From: Octopus sinensis
Taxonomy: Eukaryota
Assembly (NCBI RefSeq): GCF_006345805.1
Contig: NC_043008.1
Span: forward strand, 36,456,001-36,520,000
Direction of reading: 5' to 3'
DNA length: 64,000 nt
A program made the position numbers and the translations under genes. Numbering within the stretch: the first letter of the stretch is position 1; every line of letters starts with the position of its first letter. Below are positions 55,714-64,000 of the stretch, piece by piece. Under the pieces are notes generated by a model. It made no database searches. It had not been told where the DNA came from and saw only the letters and a program-made list of their open reading frames with translations.

Positions 55714-55960
55714 GTGGAGGCGCGTGGCTTAGTGGTTAGGGGTGTCAGCATCATGATCGTAAGATTGTGGTTTCGATTCCTAGACCGGGCGAGGCGTTGT
55801 GTTCTTGAGCAAAACACTTCATTTCAAGTTTCTCCAGTCCACTCAGCTGGCAAAAATGAGTAACGCTGCGATGGACTGGCGTCCCATCCAGCTTGGGAAC
55901 ACATACGCCGTGGAAACCGGGAAACCGGGCCCATAAGTCTGACTAGGCTTTAAAAGGGCG
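55714..55960 (+). mobile_element. Family A-related SINE
   Basis: GTGGAGGCGCGTGGCTTAGTGGTTAGG..CTGCGATGGACTGGCGTCCC. Confidence 0.85.
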
Positions 55961-56441
55961 CATTTATATTTATTTAAAAGGGCGCATTTATATATATATT
56001 TTTTATTAGTAATCAAAATCACAAGAGACTATCCCTTTTTCTTTTGGACCATTCCGCATTTCCCGCAAAATAAACTGGTTTCTAAAAAATAACCATGATT
56101 AGAATCATGTCCCTTTCCTACATGATATTAACATTATTAATATAAATTTATCGTGTATATAACATACAGTAATTTCACTATAATCGATGAAAAATATTAG
56201 GCTTTTTTCCCCCATAATTTGCTTTTGTTAAAAAAATATTATTCCTACCTGTCTGCATATTATTTGATTTTCCCGGATTTTTAAGCTTCCCACGCATTTT
56301 CCGCATTATCTAAAATGCTTGTCTTCTTTTCTTATCAATCTGATGATTCGCAAAATGAAACAATAGATAGCTTTCTCAAGTAATTTTAGTGCTCACATTA
56401 CATATACATATACATATACATACATACATAAATACATACAT

Positions 56442-56476
<35 letters not shown>

Positions 56477-56823
56477 AACACACACACACATATATGTAGT
56501 TGAAAATTATAGTGAAACGAAAGACGAAGACAGGTGTACGAACAACATGCAAGTGTATTAGTTTGACGCTCGGGAAAATGAAAGTCTTTTACGTTTCGAG
56601 CCTACTGTGTATGTTGTGTGTGTGTGTATATATATTATACATGCATATATATATACATATATATACAAGTATATATAAATTATACATACATGTATATATA
56701 CATACATATAATATATATATACATTATATATATATTTATACACACACACACATGCATACATGTCATATATGCGTGTGTGTGTGTCTCTCTCTCCCTCTCT
56801 AAATATGCACGTATATATTTATA

Positions 56824-56863
<40 letters not shown>

Positions 56864-56959
56864 GTATATATATATATTATATATATTATATATATATATA
56901 TAATATATATATACCTACAATGTAATTTATTAAGGAAATGTGAAATATTAAGCAGCAGT

Positions 56960-57154
56960 GCAGCAGCAGCAGCAGCAGCAAAAGAAGAAGAAGAAGAAAG
57001 AAGAAGAAGAAGAAGAAGAAGAAGAAGAAGAAGAAGAAGAGAAAAAGAAAAGAAGAAGAAGAAGAAGAGAAGAGAAGAAGAAGAAGAAGAAGAAGAAGAA
57101 GAAGAAAAGACAAAGAAGAAGAAGAAGAAGAAGAAGAAGAAGAAGAAGAAGAAG

Positions 57155-57185
<31 letters not shown>
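56960..57185. repeat. (GAA)n polypurine tract
   Basis: Directly visible. Confidence 0.95.
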
Positions 57186-57879
57186 TAATGAGGATGATCC
57201 TGAAGAAGAAATTTTAAAAAATCAGTCACAGCAATAACAAGGATCACGAAACAAAACACGAAGAACTAAATTTCATGCAAACAATACAAAAACCATATTG
57301 AAAAATGTGAGAGGTTTTAATATTGATTTTTCGTTGTCGAATGTAATTAACTTGCTTCAAATACAAACTGAACCTTAAATCGTGTCCAAACATATGCATA
57401 GAATGTGAGCTGTGTCTTCATTTTCCTGATGAATCTCAGACAAGAAAAAAAAAAAAAAAACAAGAAAGAAAGAAAAAAAATCTTATCAGAACATTCTTGC
57501 TCCGTATAATTAATTAGAAATATTTTTTCTTGAAAAACCTGTTTTTTCTGTAAAGAAATACGTATATAAAAAAGATAGTAGATGAAATTTGATACATATT
57601 ATTCCATATTAAAAATTTGCTCAAATTCAGGTATGGAAACATAAAACTACAACAAGAACAATGGCACTCCTTTCTACTCGAGGTACAAGGCCAGACATTT
57701 GAGTGGGTGGGCACTAGTCAATTACTTCGATCCCAGTGCTCAAATGGTACTTATTTAATCAAATCTAAAAGGATGAAAAGCAAAGTTGACCTCGGCAGAA
57801 TTTAAAATTAGCACATAAGTCTAGAAGAAATTCTTCTAAGCAATTTGTTCGACTCGTCACCTTTTGATTCTGCCAGCTC

Positions 57880-58333
57880 ATCACCTTTTGATAAAAATAA
57901 TAATAACAATCCTTTCTGTTATAGACAGAAGGCCTGAAAGTTTGAGGGTGAGGGACAGTCAATTCCATCGATCTCAGTGCTTGATTGATATAAAGCTGAG
58001 AGGATTTGTAGCCAGACAAAGGCAATTTGAAAGAACGGATGGTTGTTTGAAATCGAATTTGAAGCCACCAAGAGACAAATTAATGAAAGTGTCGAGCAGG
58101 ACTCAGGCAAAGAAGATACGGTGCAGAAGAGTAAGGTAGAAACTGTAGAGATGAATGATACTACTCAAGGCAACGGATCCGAAAAGGTAGCAAATGGAAA
58201 TTCTGATGACTTTATTTTTGATCAGCAGGACACTGATAGAGGTGGAGTTTTGACTAGAATATTTAAGTAAATTCCCAACATTTAGAATTTGTGTATGACT
58301 TCAAAAAGCTGATTATTGGAAATTGAGCAAAGT

Positions 58334-58380
<47 letters not shown>

Positions 58381-60625
58381 AGATATGAAAACTAAAGAAA
58401 GTTGACAAAATTTTGACCCAACAACGTAAAAGAAACCGATATGTTTTATCAAGGTGGATAATATAGTTATGGAGAGAATTAAAATCAGTAAAAGAACAAA
58501 TAGCACGAAAATACACAAAATAAAGACCCATTGGGGGTAAAGAAGAATATTAGGAGATATAATTAAGGTCATTGACGGTGTATCAGAATTTGAAGAAAGA
58601 GGAATGGTGAGCTTTGGTACGGTTATAGATATGGAAAATTGACGAAAATTATGATATTAACAGAAAAGTGCTGAATGTTGTGATTGAAGAACTAAAACAG
58701 CGCATTTTTGGCAAAGAAAAGGGAAAATAACAAGACATGTTCAGAGAGTGAAGTAGGATAGGCAAAATAAATTATTCCAAATTGATCAGAAGACATTTTA
58801 TCAAGAGATAAGTCGGAAAAAACGCACACGAAAGAGTATTTCGAAAAGCAGAGGAAGGTCGTGTATTTTTGAATGAGATATGGAGTAAAGAAGAGCAACA
58901 TAATTCTGTGATTGAATGACTACAAGATTTAAAAGGAGCTCGAAGAAATTAGAACTGGAAACGAGAATGTGAAGCAGAATAGGAAGATGAGTGACTGGAA
59001 ACATCTAGACCTGATGGTGATCGAGGCTATTGGATTAAAGTGTATCATAAAAAGAGAAGTAGAACTGCAGAATGCAGAGATCAATGGAAATTAAGAGTAA
59101 TCTGGTTGAATAACTATTGGACGAGCAGTTCTGTGTTTGAAGCATGCTTCAAATGAAAATGCTGTGTTTTATTACAGAACATGGGTAATTACAGACTGTG
59201 GATGATTACAGATTATGCCTCCTACAGATTTAGAAGCTGCCCACTTGAATAATAGCTGAGGAAATGTATAAACTTCTTGACGATAATAGAATTCTAGCTA
59301 CTGAGCAGAAAAGCTGTAAAGAATTGCAAGGGAACTAAAGACCAGCAGCTCATAGATAAAATGGTGAAAAATCTAAACGATAGAAAGCAAATTTAGCAAC
59401 GGTTTGGATGGATTACTGCAACACCTATGACATGATAGCACATTCGTGGATCATTGAATGTTTGACATGTTTGAGGTTTTCGAGAAGCATGGGAAGGAGT
59501 AAAACTGAGCTCACACCATTCGGACAGGATCTAGGATTGCTAAGAATCAAGAGAGGGATTTTTCAAATAGACAGCGCATTTCCTTTAGTATTCGTTTTGT
59601 ACAAGATTCCTTTAACATTGCTGCTAAAAATAATAATGACTGGATGTGAGTTTGAAGGAAAACAAAATAAGATCTACCATCTTTTATTTAAGAATAAACT
59701 CAAGGACGAAGTTCATCTCAGTTATCTGGTGAACAGAGTTCATTGATTTAGCAAAGACACCAAAATTGAATTTGGGGTAAAAATGTGAAGTAAGATTTCT
59801 AATGAGAGGAAAGTCGTAAGAATTGACGGTAGAGAATTACCATCAGGATAAATCATGGAAAGGATTGGTGATGAGTATAAATGAGTATAAATACCTGAGC
59901 ATATTGGAGAAGAATGAATTGATGGAAGAAGAAATGAAGCAGAGTTTTATGTAGACTTAGACGGGTGCGGCGATCACAACTGTTTGGAAGTTCCAAGTCT
60001 TGATACATAGTCAATTGTTTAATTGAGGTACGGTGCATGTAACATCAACTGGAGGAAAGAGGAGTTCAGAGGCCAGACCAAAAGTCAAGAAAACTAATCA
60101 CAATGCACGGAGCATTCGACATGAGACCCAGAGTTAGAGACTATCTAACTAGATGCAAAGGTTGGAGAAGGCTATTCAACTGTGAAAGTTATATATATAT
60201 GTATTCTCAGAAGAAGGCGGCGAGCTGGCAGAAACGTTGGCACACCGGGCGAAATGCTTTGCGGTATTTCGTCCGCCGTTGCGTTCTGAGTTCAAATTCC
60301 GCCGAGGTCGACTTTGCCTGTCATCCTTTCGGGGTCGATAAACTAAATACCAGTTACGCACTGAGGTCGATGTGATCGACTTAACCCGTTTGTCTGTCCT
60401 TGTTTGTCTCCTCTGTGTTTAGCCCCTTGTGGGTAGTAAAGAAATAGGTATTTCGCCCGCCGCTGTGTTCTGAGTTCAAATTCCGCCGAGGTCGACTTTA
60501 CCTTTCATCCTTTCGGGGTCGATAAATTATATACCAGTTACGCACTGGGGTAGATGTAATCGACTTAACCCGTTTGTCTGTCCTTGTTTCTCTACTCTGT
60601 GTTTAGCCTCTTGTGGGTAGTAAAG

Positions 60626-60660
<35 letters not shown>

Positions 60661-61570
60661 ATATGTATGTATTCTCAGAAGAAAATAACCAGGGGTGGTA
60701 TAGCAAGAGTTTCATAAAATATTTGCCGGTTCAGGTGAGAATATCTGATATATTCAAGACGGATAGTTTCGTAGAGACAGAAAAGTACGAAGGGAGAAAG
60801 AGCAAGCAAAACAAAAAGAGAAAAAAGAAAAGAATGTAAAAAAGATATACGAGCAGTTCGTAAGAGAAGTGATTTGGAATACAGACGTCTATAGAAGGCG
60901 GCATAGGTTTAGAAAGATTGATTATAAAACCAGATACAGAAGCGCTTATCTTTGTTGCACTAAGGACAATTGATGCCAAATACGGGATTAACAATACAAC
61001 AGAAAATGACAAGTGTAGAGGTCTGCGGGGATAAAGGTGTGACTCTAAGTTATATTGTGAATTAATGCACGAAACTGCCACCCTCACCACATACAAAACA
61101 AGGTACGATAATGTCGCAAGAATGATTCATTGTAAAATGTATGGCAAATATGGATTGGATAGAGTAAAGATGCGGTATGGGTAAACCTCAAAAGGAGAAA
61201 TCGAGAATGACAAGGTAACGATACTATAGGATGCAAAGATCCAATGTGATCATGAAACTGAATATTGGAAGCCAAATATAGTGGTTGTAAATAAAAAGGG
61301 GAAAACCTGTTTAATCATAGATATTGTATACTCAACTGATGATTGAGTATTGGACAAAGAAGAGAATTTAGTCAAACAACGATTTGAAGTGAGAAGCTAA
61401 AAGAGTGGTCTTTAGGGAAGACGAGCGTTGTATTTACTGTTGTTGGAGTCCAGGAAATAAGTACCAGAGTCATAAACTGGATTGAAATGATAAGAGTAAA
61501 TAGAGCATCTACAGAAACTAGCGTGGCTTGGAACTGCACGAATCCTCTTCAGAGTTCTCGAAATCTGAAT
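57880..61570 (+). mobile_element. Near-full-length, heavily decayed R4/Dong-clade non-LTR retrotransposon, interrupted by family B SINEs (60216-60625)
   Basis: QNKLFQIDQKTFYQE, DYCNTYDMIAHSWIIECL, KRGIFQIDSAFPLVFVL, IYHLLF, MHGAF, zinc-knuckle remnant, WKPNIVVVNKKGKTCLIIDI (RLE) and C-terminal LGTARILFRVLEI*. Confidence 0.85.
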
Positions 61571-61889
61571 GAAGGGAAATATTTTAGTTCATTTTGTTGT
61601 GGACAGTTGAGACTTTATTACATTCCGTAGCGAAGGTGCTCTGTTAAACAACAATAACAACATAAACACCAGTAACAATAATTCTTTCTTCTGAATGCAG
61701 AAGGCTTGAAATTTTGAGTGTGGGAACTGGTGGTCTATATCAACCCTGTACATGACTCGAACTTATTTTATCGACTCCCAAAAGAATGAAAAGCAAAGTT
61801 GATTTGAACTCAGAACATAAAGACAGACAGAATGCTGGTATTTTGTCTGGTGTGCTAATTATCATTAAGGCAACTCGTTGCTCACAACC

Positions 61890-62530
61890 CTCTACAAGTC
61901 AGGCAACGGGATGGATGAGTGGAAGTTCTACTTTAGCAATATATAGAGGGTTAGTGGCGGGGAGGTGCGACGACGTACTTAGGAAGACTCTGGGTGTCGA
62001 CGAAAACGAATCGGCTATTCTGTTTCGGAGGACTTTCTGGTCAAGGACCACCATAGATAATTTGCAAGAGGTGCTTCCAGTTCGAGATAAACTCAACAGA
62101 CACGGATGTGCTGCCATACAGACTTGTTCGAAGAGTGTGCTGAGCGGCGAAACAGTTCTGCACGCACTCGTTCAGTGTCCGAGCATTGCTGACTTGTAGT
62201 GTTATGTTGAACGCATGTTGACGCATGAGAGACGGATCGATCTGTCGGCCGATTCCATAGTGAGGATTGCCCCATCGATTTCCTTTAATCCGGCAGGTAA
62301 AGTAGTTTTCCTTTGCCTAGTGGCGGTGGTCAAAGAGGTTATCTGGCTGAAAGGCATGAGGACAGAGATTTCCCTGTTTGGTAGAATTCTCATCGACTTT
62401 TCAAGTTTGACTTGAAAAGGAAAGTGAGAGTGGAGAAGGAGATGCTGTCCTTGAGTGAATGTATTGTAAGTTTCGATAATAGCAAAAGTGGATAGTACCA
62501 CTCTAAGTATAAACCTATGAGTCGGAGACT
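61890..62530 (+). mobile_element. Tx1/L1-clade LINE ORF2 C-terminal fragment
   Basis: LPVRDKLNRHG..C..ETVLHALVQCP..FLCLVAVVKEVIW..LKRKVRVE, an L1/Tx1-type zinc-knuckle tail. Confidence 0.7.
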
Positions 62531-62925
62531 AGGAATTGGAGACGGCACCAGCCCTAGGTGTTCAGAGATGCGAGATCTTGGACGGAGGGGGGGGGGTCCT
62601 AGAGGTCCTCCTGTGTGAGGAGGGCTACATCACTATTATCATACTCATTTTGTTTTTTATATTTTATTGTATTTTTACTTTTGTATACTATGTATGCTTC
62701 CCTTCTCTGTCTTATTGTATACTGTGTATACTTTCTACACGTTTATATATATTCTTTTATTCTTTTACATGCTTCAGTTCCAGTGCTGTGGCTATGCTGG
62801 AGCAACGCCAGAAAAAACACACTAGCATATATTTTTTTCTCAATTTTCATTATATGTAAATACCTGCTCTTAATACCTATCTTTCTATTGTCCCCTCATC
62901 CTTCGGCTTGTTGACAAATAAAAGA

Positions 62926-62929
<4 letters not shown>

Positions 62930-62989
<60 letters not shown>

Positions 62990-63375
62990 TTCATCATCAT
63001 TATTATTAATTTCTTACTTTTAATCTGCATGTTCGTTACAGTCACTTGCCAAGACACACCCAGTGTCTTGGGGCGAGTGATTGAAAGCTTGGGGAGGGGA
63101 TGTAGTGAAATAACTTCACCCAATACAACACAGACATTTAAATGGATAGGGTTTTCCTAAGGATGTGGGCAGTACTTGTTAATACAATCTTTTGGATTTC
63201 TCTGAGACATGGTTATCCTGGGATCTTATCTAAATGTTTCTGACATCCCTTTTTTATCATACCTCGGGAACCTACAATAACAGAAGCAGTTCTCGCTTTC
63301 AGATGGCCACATCTTTTGTATTCCAATTTCCAAGTAATTATATTTACTTAGCTTTTCAAATTCCTTTACAGATAT
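62930..63375 (-). mobile_element. 3' end of an R4/Dong-type element with (TGA/TAA)n tail
   Basis: KEFEKLSKYNYLEIGIQKMW...IQKIVLTSTAHILRKTLSI on the minus strand, then 3'UTR and (ATG)n. Confidence 0.8.
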
Positions 63376-63377
63376 AG

Positions 63378-63548
63378 GCGTAGGAGTGGCTGTGTGGTAA
63401 GTAGCTTGCTTACCAACCACATGGTTCAGGGTTTAGTCCCACTGCGTGGCACGTTGGGCAAGTGTCTTCTACTATAGCCTCGGGCCGACCAAAGCCTTGT
63501 GAGTGGATATGGTAGACGGAAACTGAAAGAAGCCCGTCGTATATATGT

Positions 63549-63608
<60 letters not shown>

Positions 63609-63830
63609 CTGTGTGTCTGTGTTTATCCCCCCAACATCGCTTGACAACCGATGCTGGTGTGTTTATGTCTCCGTAACTTAGCGGTTCGGCAAAAGAGACC
63701 GATAGAATAAGTACTAGGCTTACAAAGAATAAGTCCCGGGGTCGATTTGCTCGACTAAAGGCGGTGCTCCAGCATGGCCGCAGTCAAATGACTGAAACAA
63801 GTAAAAGAGTAAAAGAGAGTAAAGAGTATA
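63378..63830 (+). mobile_element. Full-length family C SINE
   Basis: Near-consensus head to tail. Confidence 0.92.
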
Positions 63831-64000
63831 TATTTTTATCAGTAGGAACACTTACATTTATTAGTCCGCAAGTATGAAGTTCCCTGTTTTTAATAATTAT
63901 GTCTGGTCTATTAGCCTGGATCGTTCTGTCAGTATTGACTGGAAAATTCGAGAGGATAGTGACATTTTTATCTTCAACGACTGGCTCAAAATGATGTCCA

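Noticed and set aside
56960-57185. (GAA)n tract as poly-Glu/Lys/Arg coding sequence
   Set aside because: A simple repeat with no splice context; at most triplex-forming DNA, and ordinary for this genome type.

Overview
Eukaryotic, AT-rich, microsatellite-saturated DNA. The SINE families and repeat style point to an octopus (coleoid cephalopod) genome; this is an inference, not a database result. Nearly all ORFs in the supplied track are artefacts of (CA)n/(TA)n/(TATC)n/(CATA)n tracts. Recognisable content: three abundant tRNA-derived SINE families; decayed LINEs (CR1-like, RTE, Tx1/L1, and R4/Dong-type elements with a restriction-like endonuclease, including a near-full-length copy at ~57.9-61.6 kb); an internally deleted mariner; non-autonomous Helitron-like elements; and two Penelope-like elements (Neptune-type fragment at 45.7-46.9 kb, minus; near-complete Naiad-type copy at 48.4-51.3 kb, plus). 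The most striking pattern is a set of about a dozen minimal type-I hammerhead-ribozyme-like motifs (intact to heavily degenerate), mostly in ORF-less pseudo-LTR-like repeats. Several sit inside inverted duplications, and there are three near-perfect 125-214 bp palindromes plus locally templated mosaics. No complete host gene is visible. A few unvalidated exon candidates exist (26.2/27.3 kb plus, 30.0-30.3 kb minus, 39.2/39.4 kb plus). No rRNA, true tRNA gene or CRISPR array was found.
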